Source: an uncultured Clostridia bacterium
Lineage (GTDB): Bacteria; Bacillota; Clostridia; Christensenellales; UBA1242
DNA: 64,000 nucleotides
Direction: 5' to 3'
NCBI GenBank assembly: GCA_947366545.1
Contig: CANBAL010000001.1
Coordinates: 122,504 to 186,503, forward strand
Within the stretch, counting starts at the first letter, position 1. The number at the start of each line of letters is the position of its first letter. A program made the translations under genes and the position numbers. The notes under the pieces were generated by a model. That model was not told the DNA's origin. It saw only the letters and a list, made by a program, of their open reading frames with translations, and did no database searches. Positions 1 to 9,039 of the stretch are shown one piece after another.

Positions 1-3000
1 CACTTTCTTATTTTGGAAATGCGAAAATAGATCATACCGATGGCGATCCTTATTATTATGTGATTGTTGAAGGAGTTAAACATAGGTTTGATACTGAAGA
101 GGAAGCAAATGAATACCTTGCAAAGACCATTATTCCTGAATATGAACTTTATGCAGAAATTGAATTCAAAGCCACCGATGCTTCAATCCCAATCCACTAC
201 AAGACAAATGGGACAATGACAAAAGGGTATCTTAATTTCTACGAAGTAACAAACTTAGGTGATAGCATTTCTGAAACAAGTAAGCCTGCTGTCTTTACCA
301 AGGCTGGAAATTATGAAGTTAAAATATACCAAGCACAAAACAGAGGGCAAGCAGCATCTTTCAGTAACTCTTATCGTTTCAAATTTGTTATTTCTTCACC
401 ACAGCCAGACTTTACCGTTTATAATGGCAACAACTTAAAAGCAAACTTTGTTACTGATGGCGACATAGATACTTATTATGTAAACACTAAAAAGATTTCT
501 ATCAAATGGCAGGATAGCGACAGCAGATACATCGCAAACCTAGATAGAAATAAGGACAAAATCAAAATTACTATTGACGGCACAACATTAAAAAGTGAAG
601 AGTTTGAAGTAGAAAATGATGGTTTGCTCGCTCACCACATAGACCTAAATCTTGAAAAGTACTGGAAAAATGGAACAGAGCTTTCAATTACTATGCAACT
701 GGAAGGTCACAGCGAAAATTACGGCGAAGATTACAGCGATTTGAACAATTACGGCAAGGTTACGAAAAAGGTTGTAATTGATTATACAGCACCACTTGAA
801 AACTTGGCAGACCTTATGAGCAATGTAACAAATAGTTATTCTTCTTTCACTAGGACTTACCAAGAAATTAATATGAGGACCCTTCAAGATTATAATGGTG
901 ACGAAATAGATACAAGTGGCTGGGACCTTAATTGGAATGATGAAACTGCACTTAATGAAAAATTACAAAACGTAAGTTATTCTTATTCTAAGAGTTCTCT
1001 ACCATTCAAATATTACGCTTATAATGTGACAACTGATTTCTTTAGCAATCTGCAAGCACAAATCACCGATAAAGAACATCCACCTCTCCCTACAGATGCT
1101 AAGTATATTTATTATAAAGAAATTGGCAACATGAACGAGTACCTTACAAATTATACTCAAACAAGAAACTTCTCAGAATATAATTACAATTCTATAGAAT
1201 ATCTTGACACCATTTCTTCTGACACTCTCTATGAAATTGCAGAAAGAGATGTCGCAGGTAATACAACTATTTATATCGTACATGTTTATGAGCCTAGCAA
1301 AAACACCGCTATATCATACAAAAATAGCAATGAAACTATATCAATAGATAATGCCGAATTAAAAGACGGCTTTGACATATTCTCAATCACTGGATTTGAA
1401 CTTCAAGAATTAAACTATCTCAGCGACCCATGGGGAATATATGAATTAAATCTATATAATCACAGACCTGCATTATACATGAAATCTCCTTGGTCGAAAT
1501 TAAATAGTAACGAACAAGATATTGACACCACCATTTATAGACTTGAAAACAGCGGTGGAAGAATAAATCTAGTGGAAACTGATATTAAGTCTATCTTTAC
1601 GGGTATGCCTTCTGGGGAACGCAAGCACCATGTGTCTTTGATAAACCGATACCTAGGCACTTCAATAGATTTACGAATTTCAATTTTGAATGCAACCTAC
1701 AATGACTCTAATACAAGAAAGGACTCCACTCCTACCACTGCGACCTTAGAATTAAGAGTTCCTACCCTCGAGCAAGCAACCAGCGCTGATTATGCTTGGC
1801 TATACCCAAAAGAAATAAGGATATCTCAACGAATTGCCGCTTCTCAATCTGTATGGGAAGAATTTGGTGCGTTTACAAATAACACCGCTAATCCTTCTCT
1901 TTGGACAAGCAACAATAGTGCAATTTCATTGAACTACGCAAATGGATATCTTGTTATAACAATCAATCTGGCTGAATACAACGTATTCAAATATGAAATC
2001 CTTGACAACTTTAATCAAACAAGTACGATTTTCCAATATTTGGACGAACCAGACTTTGATGAAATAACAGGCACTAAAAATGTCTACACCACTCCTAGTG
2101 AGGCGGACGGATCAACAACCTACCTTACTTCAGGTGATATCACTTACAGATACAACTCTTTGATATTTGACATAAATATTTTTGATAAAGACCGCAAGGA
2201 TATTACCGATACTATCACCAAAAGGACAGATCCAAAAACAAATATTACTTCTATTACTTTTAGAAAGGGTGAACAAAGTGAATTACTTTACTTTATCGAA
2301 CTTAGCGACCTTATAGAAAAGAAAGCAAATTCTAAAATTAATATTAGAATTTATGACAAACTTCCTACATTCTATGATAATAATAATGCCACCGGCTCCT
2401 TCATATGGTTCCAAGATAAAAACAATAACCCAATATCAGGCAAACAAAGCAGCAGATATGAAACAATATCAATTGACGGCAAATTCTATTCCGCACAAAG
2501 CATGCTGCTTACCACCTATTCTAATAGTGTTACTGCATTATTTAGTGCTAGCCACTCATCTTACACAGATATAAATTACAGTTACAACAATCAATATTCT
2601 TACAGCATCTATTTCTCAAACGATAACGGAAATACTTGGTTGAATGTCAATGATTTTGCTACAAACGGATTTAACTTTATCGGTGCTGGTGATTACAAAT
2701 TCTTGGTAGCTTACGATGATTATTCTATACTTAACGATGCTTGTCAAATCTACTCGATTAAAATTCTTGACTCCTCTTCAGTTTACTATACCGTCTCACT
2801 TAGCGATGGTGAACTAGTAGAAAAGGCAAGAGATACCGACGGCAACCTTTTAAAATATACAATATACAATGACGACAATTTACCAACAGAAACCATAACA
2901 GAAAACTATATTGTAAGCGTTGACTACGGCGACCATGACAGCGTAAATAAAACAGGTAGCACCGAACTTAACATAAAACTTAATCTAATTAGACATTATC

Positions 3001-4421
3001 CTGCAGGCAACGGTGTTGAAGTTGAACTTTGGAACTATAGCGGTGCAAACATTACTGGCAAATTCTCTGTAATATACATTGGTAAAACTGATGATCGTGA
3101 TAGACCACTACTCGACCTTCTGACTTATGAAGATGTTTCAAGTACACCTAATATTGATCTTCACAATAACAATTTACAAATTCCTGTAAACAGCGAAGGT
3201 TTTACATTAAAGCTTAACTGGACAGACCACTTTGGTATAGATGAGAACAAGATTAATATCTATGTAGAAAAACTTTTCAACAATAGTTACATAAAGGTGG
3301 ATGTAAAAGTTTACTCTAATGGAACAACAAGATACACTACTCTTTCAAGAGCAGGCACATATAGAATAAGATTCTACGACTCCTGCACACCAAGCAATGA
3401 ACAATACTTTGGCAGCATAAACAACAACTACTTGAATTTAGTTTTACTAAACACAACCCCATTTACAGTATCTTACAAAGACCCTAACACTGGTGATACC
3501 CTTATAACAGAACCTAATACAAAGGCAGTATATAATGGTGAGGTTACACTAAGTCTTTCCAACCACTTCTCATACTTCCACCATGCACCAGATATCGAAG
3601 TGCATAAAGACGGAAATGAAGAGCCTTACACCGGCTACGACACCTCAACAAACAATTACACTTACACCTTTAAGGAAAATGGATATTATGTAGTTAAGTT
3701 TACAAATGCTGAAACAAAAGAAGGCGAGCCTATCGGCGAAGAAGAGTTTGTATTCACAATCATTAATCCAAATGAATCAAGATATGCTTACGAATTTTCA
3801 CCTTATTCAAATTACTATGTTCAAAAGGTTATGAAAAATGGTTTAGATATCACTGGGGCACTTGTTTCCCTTGCAAACAAGAACGATCTTGTTACAGTTG
3901 ATAGTAAACAGTATTTAACTAAACTTCTACTTTCTTACTTTGATGAAAGATCGGGTGCAGGAAGATACACAATAACTATTAATACTGGTGAGCAAATCTA
4001 CACTAACGCAATCTCAGAATTCACATTCTCACTCTGGATTAATCTTGCTACTCCTCCTGTCACCGTATCTATTGCAAATGGTGGCGCAACTACCGACAAC
4101 ATCTCATTAAGATTCAATGCTTATGACCTATATGATACTGTTGGTGATTGCTACATCCAAATTGGCAGTGATAGATATGACATAAATGCTGAAACCTTAT
4201 CTTCTATTGGTGGAGAAGGTGCTGGTATTACAATAACAAGAAATGGTACCTACTATATTCAGATTTACACCATGAGTGACACCTTACTTTACTCTTACAA
4301 AGTTACTAAAAATGAACCTCTCAACACTTGGGCAATCATTGCCATTGTCATCGGCGTGCTTGCTGTGGGCGTTGTAATCTTCATTACTATTAAACTTAGA
4401 AAGAGATTGAAAGTAAAATAA
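1..4421 (+). CDS. Very large repetitive cell-surface protein with a C-terminal TM anchor (5' end lies outside the window)
   Basis: The frame is open from nt 3 with no upstream stop, so the tracked GTG at 60 is not the true start. The protein is beta-rich and N/T/Y-rich, with a recurring Ig-like signature (aGxYxhxhYD, D.AGN). It ends in a hydrophobic helix (WAIIAIVIGVLAVGVVIFITI) followed by KLRKRLKVK. Confidence 0.8.
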   Translation, partial: LSYFGNAKIDHTDGDPYYYVIVEGVKHRFDTEEEANEYLAKTIIPEYELYAEIEFKATDASIPIHYKTNGTMTKGYLNFYEVTNLGDSISETSKPAVFTKAGNYEVKIYQAQNRGQAASFSNSYRFKFVISSPQPDFTVYNGNNLKANFVTDGDIDTYYVNTKKISIKWQDSDSRYIANLDRNKDKIKITIDGTTLKSEEFEVENDGLLAHHIDLNLEKYWKNGTELSITMQLEGHSENYGEDYSDLNNYGKVTKKVVIDYTAPLENLADLMSNVTNSYSSFTRTYQEINMRTLQDYNGDEIDTSGWDLNWNDETALNEKLQNVSYSYSKSSLPFKYYAYNVTTDFFSNLQAQITDKEHPPLPTDAKYIYYKEIGNMNEYLTNYTQTRNFSEYNYNSIEYLDTISSDTLYEIAERDVAGNTTIYIVHVYEPSKNTAISYKNSNETISIDNAELKDGFDIFSITGFELQELNYLSDPWGIYELNLYNHRPALYMKSPWSKLNSNEQDIDTTIYRLENSGGRINLVETDIKSIFTGMPSGERKHHVSLINRYLGTSIDLRISILNATYNDSNTRKDSTPTTATLELRVPTLEQATSADYAWLYPKEIRISQRIAASQSVWEEFGAFTNNTANPSLWTSNNSAISLNYANGYLVITINLAEYNVFKYEILDNFNQTSTIFQYLDEPDFDEITGTKNVYTTPSEADGSTTYLTSGDITYRYNSLIFDINIFDKDRKDITDTITKRTDPKTNITSITFRKGEQSELLYFIELSDLIEKKANSKINIRIYDKLPTFYDNNNATGSFIWFQDKNNNPISGKQSSRYETISIDGKFYSAQSMLLTTYSNSVTALFSASHSSYTDINYSYNNQYSYSIYFSNDNGNTWLNVNDFATNGFNFIGAGDYKFLVAYDDYSILNDACQIYSIKILDSSSVYYTVSLSDGELVEKARDTDGNLLKYTIYNDDNLPTETITENYIVSVDYGDHDSVNKTGSTELNIKLNLIRHYPAGNGVEVELWNYSGANITGKFSVIYIGKTDDRDRPLLDLLTYEDVSSTPNIDLHNNNLQIPVNSEGFTLKLNWTDHFGIDENKINIYVEKLFNNSYIKVDVKVYSNGTTRYTTLSRAGTYRIRFYDSCTPSNEQYFGSINNNYLNLVLLNTTPFTVSYKDPNTGDTLITEPNTKAVYNGEVTLSLSNHFSYFHHAPDIEVHKDGNEEPYTGYDTSTNNYTYTFKENGYYVVKFTNAETKEGEPIGEEEFVFTIINPNESRYAYEFSPYSNYYVQKVMKNGLDITGALVSLANKNDLVTVDSKQYLTKLLLSYFDERSGAGRYTITINTGEQIYTNAISEFTFSLWINLATPPVTVSIANGGATTDNISLRFNAYDLYDTVGDCYIQIGSDRYDINAETLSSIGGEGAGITITRNGTYYIQIYTMSDTLLYSYKVTKNEPLNTWAIIAIVIGVLAVGVVIFITIKLRKRLKVK

Positions 4422-4447
4422 AAAGAAGGCCTACGGCCTTCTTTTTT
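4422..4447 (+). terminator. Rho-independent terminator
   Basis: Stem AGAAGGCC/GGCCTTCT with a TAC loop, followed by a T-run. Confidence 0.75.
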
Positions 4448-4463
4448 AAAAAATACTAGGGTA

Positions 4464-4491
4464 TTGACAGTGCGCTAAATATGAGTATAAT
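4464..4491 (+). promoter_or_regulatory. Sigma-70-type promoter for the DUF4116 gene
   Basis: TTGACA (4464-4469), 16-nt spacer, TATAAT (4486-4491). A GGAGGG SD lies before the ATG at 4512. Confidence 0.6.
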
Positions 4492-4511
4492 GTAGATATG
4501 GAGGGAAACTA

Positions 4512-5552
4512 ATGACAAAATTTTATTATGAGGGAAAAGGTTATATCGACATAAATCAAATTGTAAATTCAATTTCATCCGCCCCTTATAAAAGAAGTGC
4601 AGAGGAGAAAATAACCCCTGAAGATGAGGCCATTTATCGTGAGGCCATTAAGGGTTTGCCTCCACAAAGGATAACACAAAAATTTGCACAGAAAAGGCTG
4701 GATGCGTTGGAAAGAATTAATATTACAAAAGATAATTGTCAAGACAAAACAGCTGTTATTGCGGCAATTAAAAACGCATCAAGTGATGATATTTATTATA
4801 GTGGCCTTGAATTTCTCGTCCCTTCTTTAAGACTTGATGCTGAAGTCATGCTTAATGTTATATACAAATTTAAGTCTATCGAATATTTAAGATTAATCTG
4901 GAAAAAATTTGTTCCCGCAAAATTAAAACAAAATAAAGACTTTGTTCTTGCAGTAATAAAATACTGCCCTCAAATGTTTTCTGTTTTATATGCCACATGC
5001 TCAAGATTTGTAAAAGATAGCGATATTGCTATTGAAGCGATAACCAGAGAGCCCACACTTGCTAAATTTATTCCCCTCACGCTGCTTCAAAATGATGAAA
5101 TTTGTCTTAGATTAGTTTCAAAAAATGGACTTGCACTAGGAAAAATATATAATCAAAAAGAAGAAATTTTATTTGCAGCAGTGAAACAGAATGGCCATGC
5201 TTTAAGATATGTTGAAAGAGAAAATAAGATGAACCCCGCTCTTTTAATTGAAGCACTTAAAAGTAGAAAAGAGGCGTGGGAATTCGTACCAAATTCTTAC
5301 AAAGTTGACAAAGATTTTGCATTACTTGTTGTAGACAATATTGACTGCGAAATACTTCCCCTGATGAAATACACCTATACGAAAAACAAAATAGACATAA
5401 AGAAATGCTGGAATGACGACTTAGATGTAGGCCTGCACGCATTACTAAAAAGTAGCAGAGCATACAATTACCTAAGCAATGAACTCCAATCAAATCCTAA
5501 GATACTCACCGCTTATGAAAAAGCAAAGGCAAGAGAGGAAGAAAGTGAATAA
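4512..5552 (+). CDS. DUF4116-type repeat protein
   Basis: 346 aa with repeated ~30-aa units of the form ..A(V/I)K.NG.AL.Y(V/A)....K.D.E... typical of DUF4116. It has its own promoter and terminator. Confidence 0.65.
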   Translation: MTKFYYEGKGYIDINQIVNSISSAPYKRSAEEKITPEDEAIYREAIKGLPPQRITQKFAQKRLDALERINITKDNCQDKTAVIAAIKNASSDDIYYSGLEFLVPSLRLDAEVMLNVIYKFKSIEYLRLIWKKFVPAKLKQNKDFVLAVIKYCPQMFSVLYATCSRFVKDSDIAIEAITREPTLAKFIPLTLLQNDEICLRLVSKNGLALGKIYNQKEEILFAAVKQNGHALRYVERENKMNPALLIEALKSRKEAWEFVPNSYKVDKDFALLVVDNIDCEILPLMKYTYTKNKIDIKKCWNDDLDVGLHALLKSSRAYNYLSNELQSNPKILTAYEKAKAREEESE

Positions 5553-5579
5553 AAAAGAACTTAAATAAGTTCTTTTTTA
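5553..5579 (+). terminator. Rho-independent terminator
   Basis: Stem AGAACTTA/TAAGTTCT followed by a T-run. Confidence 0.7.
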
Positions 5580-5587
5580 TTTTTTCC

Positions 5588-5614
5588 TTGACAAATCCCC
5601 CCCCCGAGTATAAT
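5588..5614 (+). promoter_or_regulatory. Promoter with a C9 homopolymer in the -35/-10 spacer
   Basis: TTGACA (5588-5593), AAT, C9 (5597-5605), GAG, TATAAT (5609-5614). The spacer is 15 nt. The TTG start in the ORF track is actually the -35 box. Confidence 0.6.
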
Positions 5615-5620
5615 GAAGGT

Positions 5621-5860
5621 ATGGAGATGAATATGGAAAATCGACCTCAATATCAACCGCAATATCAGCCTCAATCAAAGACAAAATTAGGTGTGCTTAT
5701 ATGTTTTATACCCGGCGTATTTCCGCTTGGATGGATATTTGGACTTTTCTTCCCAAAAGGGTCTTATGAACGAAAAACTTTTTATCGCGGTTATCTACGA
5801 GTAATTTATTTTTGGCTTGCACTATTTGCCATTGGCTTTATAATTGGACTATGTGTATAA
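5621..5860 (+). CDS. Small two-TM membrane protein with a QYQPQYQPQ N-terminus
   Basis: ATGs occur at 5621, 5627 and 5633. GGAG at 5623-5626 favours 5633. Two hydrophobic helices are present (LGVLICFIPGVFPLGWIFGLFF and VIYFWLALFAIGFIIGLCV). Confidence 0.6.
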   Translation: MEMNMENRPQYQPQYQPQSKTKLGVLICFIPGVFPLGWIFGLFFPKGSYERKTFYRGYLRVIYFWLALFAIGFIIGLCV

Positions 5861-5895
5861 AAAAAGAATGGCTTTAATTAGCCCTTCTTTTTTTA

Positions 5896-6576
5896 TTACA
5901 TACCTGAGTTAAGTTTAATACCAACACCCATTGTGGATGCAATGGTGATACTCTTTATGTATTGTCCCTTTGCCGCCGCTGGTTTTGCTTTAATTATAGC
6001 CTCAATTACTGTATTGTAGTTTTCTACAAGTTTCTCTTTACCGAAACTCATTTTTCCAATTACAACATGAATAATGTTGTTTTTATCAAGTCTATATTCA
6101 ACTTTACCTGCTTTAGCATCTTTGATTGCCTTTGCAACATCCATAGTAACAGTGCCGCTTTTTGGGTTTGGCATAAGGCCCTTAGGTCCAAGCACTCTTG
6201 CAACACGTCCAACAACGCCCATCATATCTGGAGTTGTGATACATACATCAAAATCAAGCCATCCGCCTTGGATTTTTGCAACAACATCTTCTGCTCCAAC
6301 GTAGTCTGCACCAGCTTTAACAGCATCGTCTGCCTTATCGCCTTTTGCAATAACTAAAACTCTAACGCTTTTACCAGTACCATTTGGAAGTACGCACACG
6401 CCACGAACCTGTTGATCAGCATTTCTTCCGTCAACGCCAAGTCTTACATGAAGTTCTACTGTTTCATCAAACTTTGCTTTTGGAAGAGAGAGAAGTGTAT
6501 CAAAACCTGAATTTACATCATAAACGTTTTGCTTAAGCATTTCGCTTGCTGCTCTATATCTTTTACCGAATTTCAT
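5896..6576 (-). CDS. rplA: 50S ribosomal protein L1 (uL1)
   Basis: 226 aa beginning MKFGKRYR..., with ..VRLGVD...QQVRG.. motifs. It has an AAGGAGG SD and follows rplK. Confidence 0.95.
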   Translation of the reverse strand: MKFGKRYRAASEMLKQNVYDVNSGFDTLLSLPKAKFDETVELHVRLGVDGRNADQQVRGVCVLPNGTGKSVRVLVIAKGDKADDAVKAGADYVGAEDVVAKIQGGWLDFDVCITTPDMMGVVGRVARVLGPKGLMPNPKSGTVTMDVAKAIKDAKAGKVEYRLDKNNIIHVVIGKMSFGKEKLVENYNTVIEAIIKAKPAAAKGQYIKSITIASTMGVGIKLNSGM

Positions 6577-6587
6577 ATTGCCCCTCC

Positions 6588-7019
6588 TTAGTCTACTACT
6601 GTAACGCCCATACTTCTTGCGGCGCCTTCAATCATAGACATAGCAGATTCAACACTTGTACAGTTAAGATCTGGCAATTTTGTTTCTGCGATTTGTTTAA
6701 TCTGTTCTCTAGTGATTTTTCCGACTTTTGTTTTGTTTGGTGCTGCTGACCCAGTCTCTAAGCCGATTGCCTTTTTAATAAGAACTGCGGCTGGTGGAGT
6801 CTTAAGCACGAATGTGAAACTTCTATCTTCATAGATAGTAATCACAACTGGAATGATAAGCCCTGCTTGCGCTGCGGTCTTGTCATTGAACTCTTTAGTA
6901 AAGCCAGCGATATTAATACCGTGAGGTCCGAGTGAAGAACCTACTGGTGGTCCTGGTGTGGCTTTACCTGCAGGAAGTTGTAATTTAACAACTGCTGCAA
7001 CCTTTTTCTTTGCTGCCAT
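6588..7019 (-). CDS. rplK: 50S ribosomal protein L11 (uL11)
   Basis: 143 aa with the hallmark [33 protein letters not shown]. Confidence 0.95.
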   Translation of the reverse strand: MAAKKKVAAVVKLQLPAGKATPGPPVGSSLGPHGINIAGFTKEFNDKTAAQAGLIIPVVITIYEDRSFTFVLKTPPAAVLIKKAIGLETGSAAPNKTKVGKITREQIKQIAETKLPDLNCTSVESAMSMIEGAARSMGVTVVD

Positions 7020-7140
7020 TTTTTCCTCCTTAAGTGGTTAAATTGAACTTTGGCAAAAGTTCTCCCACAAATTTTGGTAGTTTATTGTCGTGCCGGACAG
7101 TGTGCATTATGCACATATTTTAACGCTTTCGCGGTAAAAC

Positions 7141-7740
7141 CTAATTAATTTTTCGTACTTGTGCAAACTCAAGATCTACTGCGGTTTCTCTGCCGAACAT
7201 CTCAACATTAACTGTGATAACATTCATATCTGAATTTACAGCAGAGATTTGTCCGATCATACCGTTAAGTGGGCCATCAACAACCTCAACCTTATCTCCG
7301 ACATTAAGGTCTACCTCAACCTTGATTTTCTCAAGACGAAGTTTCATAACTTCCTCATCAGTTAAGGCAAGAGGTCTTCCCTTAGGGCCAACGAAACCAG
7401 TAATACCTCTGGTTCTTGTTACATTGTGCCAAAGGTCATCGGCATATTTCATTTTTACTAAGATATAGCAAGGCATTGCTTTACGCTGAACAAGTTTTTT
7501 CTTGCCATTCTTTTCTTCAACAACATCTTCCATAGGTATGATAATATCGAAAATTCTATCTCCAAGATTGAACTTATCTACCACGGTTTCAAGATTTTCT
7601 TTCGCCACATTCTCATAACCTGAAAAGGTGTGAAGCACATACCATTTTGCCTCAAGTTTCTGTGCAAGATCACTTGATGACTCTTTTGGCACTGTGATGA
7701 CATCATCCTTTTTTACTTTCTCAAGATTCTTTTCTTCCAT
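7141..7740 (-). CDS. nusG: Transcription termination/antitermination factor NusG
   Basis: 199 aa with WYVLHT.SGYE (NGN domain) and a C-terminal KOW (GDKVEVVDGPL.G..G.I). Conserved secE-nusG-rplK order. Confidence 0.93.
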   Translation of the reverse strand: MEEKNLEKVKKDDVITVPKESSSDLAQKLEAKWYVLHTFSGYENVAKENLETVVDKFNLGDRIFDIIIPMEDVVEEKNGKKKLVQRKAMPCYILVKMKYADDLWHNVTRTRGITGFVGPKGRPLALTDEEVMKLRLEKIKVEVDLNVGDKVEVVDGPLNGMIGQISAVNSDMNVITVNVEMFGRETAVDLEFAQVRKIN

Positions 7741-7761
7741 ATTTCTTATCCTTTTATAATT

Positions 7762-8124
7762 TTAGCCAAATGGATTGAAAGGTTTGCCCATTAAAGCACT
7801 TGAAGCAAGCCCTAACAAGAGGTCAATTCCAAAAAGTACGACTGCAAAAATAATTACAACCGCAAGTACTACGCCCGTTCTTTTCACAACTGTTGGAAAG
7901 GTTGTCCAAGTGACTTTTTTAAGTTCAGAAACTGTTTCCTTGGTCTTTTTAGCGACTGTGTGTTTCTTCTCTTTTTTCTTAGCCTTGTTCTTGTCCGCCT
8001 TTTTGTCCACCTTTGCGTTTACTTTCGTCTCTTGTGTGGACTCCACTTTTTGTGCAGAATCAGGTGCCGTATTTTCTGTTGCAACTTTTACTTCTTCGGT
8101 AACTAATTTTTGCTTTTTAGACAT
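7762..8124 (-). CDS. secE: Preprotein translocase subunit SecE with a Lys-rich N-terminal extension
   Basis: The C-terminal ELKKVTWTT......VV..FA....GIDL motif and a single TM helix are present. It lies between rpmG and nusG. Confidence 0.85.
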   Translation of the reverse strand: MSKKQKLVTEEVKVATENTAPDSAQKVESTQETKVNAKVDKKADKNKAKKKEKKHTVAKKTKETVSELKKVTWTTFPTVVKRTGVVLAVVIIFAVVLFGIDLLLGLASSALMGKPFNPFG

Positions 8125-8136
8125 AGTTCCCCCTAG

Positions 8137-8298
8137 TTACTTTGTTTCTTTATGAACAGTGCGCTTTCCACAACGAGAGCAGAATTTTTTAATTTCAATT
8201 CTCTCTGGATTTGATGCGGAATTCTTTGATGTTGCGTAGTTTCTCTCTTGGCACTCTGTGCAAGCAAGAGTCACATATTTGCGTTTTGGTGCTGCCAT
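8137..8298 (-). CDS. rpmG: 50S ribosomal protein L33 (Zn-ribbon form)
   Basis: I set the true start at MAAPKRK (GGAGAATAAAA before the ATG at 8298). CTEC...CSRC pairs are present. The upstream promoter is TTGACA-17-TATCAT. Confidence 0.9.
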   Translation of the reverse strand: MAAPKRKYVTLACTECQERNYATSKNSASNPERIEIKKFCSRCGKRTVHKETK

Positions 8299-8412
8299 TT
8301 TTATTCTCCTACAAAAAACTAACACCCCGCGATGAAGTGTTAGTCATATGATATCATAATAATGTCCCTTTGTCAACAGTTTTAAAAGGATAATATTAAT
8401 ATTTTTGTCAAT

Positions 8413-8685
8413 TTATTTTACATCTTTATCTTGTATTGTCGCCTCAATAAGCATAACAATATCGTCTTTTTTGCAACCAGCCTTAACTTGTAAAAAGTCT
8501 GTAGGCGTATTATAATCAAGGTCATACTTTAACACCTGAATAAAATATTGCCTCAAAAACTCCTTAGCATATAGAAATGCCTCTTCGATTATAGTCCCGT
8601 CTGTAGTAAGTTCTATATCTGGAAATAGTACGCGATATACATCTTCGTCTTTATAAAATATTGCTGGATAGACAACTCTTTGCAT
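8413..8685 (-). CDS. HicB-like antitoxin N-domain protein (UPF0150-type), orphan
   Basis: 90 aa with YPAIF...YRVLFPDI..TTDG.TIEEA...AKE.L, matching the HicB N-terminal fold signature. No HicA-like ORF is adjacent. Confidence 0.6.
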   Translation of the reverse strand: MQRVVYPAIFYKDEDVYRVLFPDIELTTDGTIIEEAFLYAKEFLRQYFIQVLKYDLDYNTPTDFLQVKAGCKKDDIVMLIEATIQDKDVK

Positions 8686-8783
8686 TTTTACTCCTATATT
8701 TAATTAAATAATAACACATTAAATTGATATTTCAAAATATTTTACTAAAAAATTACAAAGAAAAAAGCCTTTTATAAGGCTTT

Positions 8784-8927
8784 TTATTGCATTTCTACTT
8801 CTTTTGCTCTTCCAGCAACATGTGTTTGTTTTGATGTGAAATTTAGATTTCCTTGATTTGCTATCGTAAGCAGAGCATTAGGATTTATATAACTATTCTT
8901 TTCACGCGTACTAACTTTAAGTATCAT
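8784..8927 (-). CDS. Unannotated 47-aa small ORF (MILKVSTREKNSYINPNALLTIANQGNLNFTSKQTHVAGRAKEVEMQ)
   Basis: GGAGG lies 6 nt before the ATG (8927). The upstream promoter is TTTACA-17-TATTAT. The terminator hairpin AGCCTT/AAGGCT overlaps the stop codon. The ORF is below the 60-aa cutoff of the ORF track. Confidence 0.5.
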   Translation of the reverse strand: MILKVSTREKNSYINPNALLTIANQGNLNFTSKQTHVAGRAKEVEMQ

Positions 8928-9039
8928 GATTTACCTCCGTTTATTATGGCTATATAATAGCACACTTTTTCCCATTTGTAAATACTTTTTTGAAAAATTT
9001 TTTATTTATTTTCTCACTCTCAAATCGTGACTAAGTCAC

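Noticed and set aside
5588-5620. The tracked TTG start at 5588 for the small membrane protein (MTNPPPEYNEG...).
   Set aside because: This TTG is the first base of a consensus TTGACA -35 box. The PPP codons are the C9 tract, and TATAAT lies inside the supposed coding region. The real start is one of the ATGs at 5621, 5627 or 5633.
7020-7140. A possible L1/L11 operon autoregulatory leader, or a nusG terminator. The region contains the palindrome TGTGCATTATGCACA at 7101-7115.
   Set aside because: The hairpin has no T-run. I cannot match the region convincingly to the L1-binding 23S mimic by eye, so the evidence is insufficient to call it.
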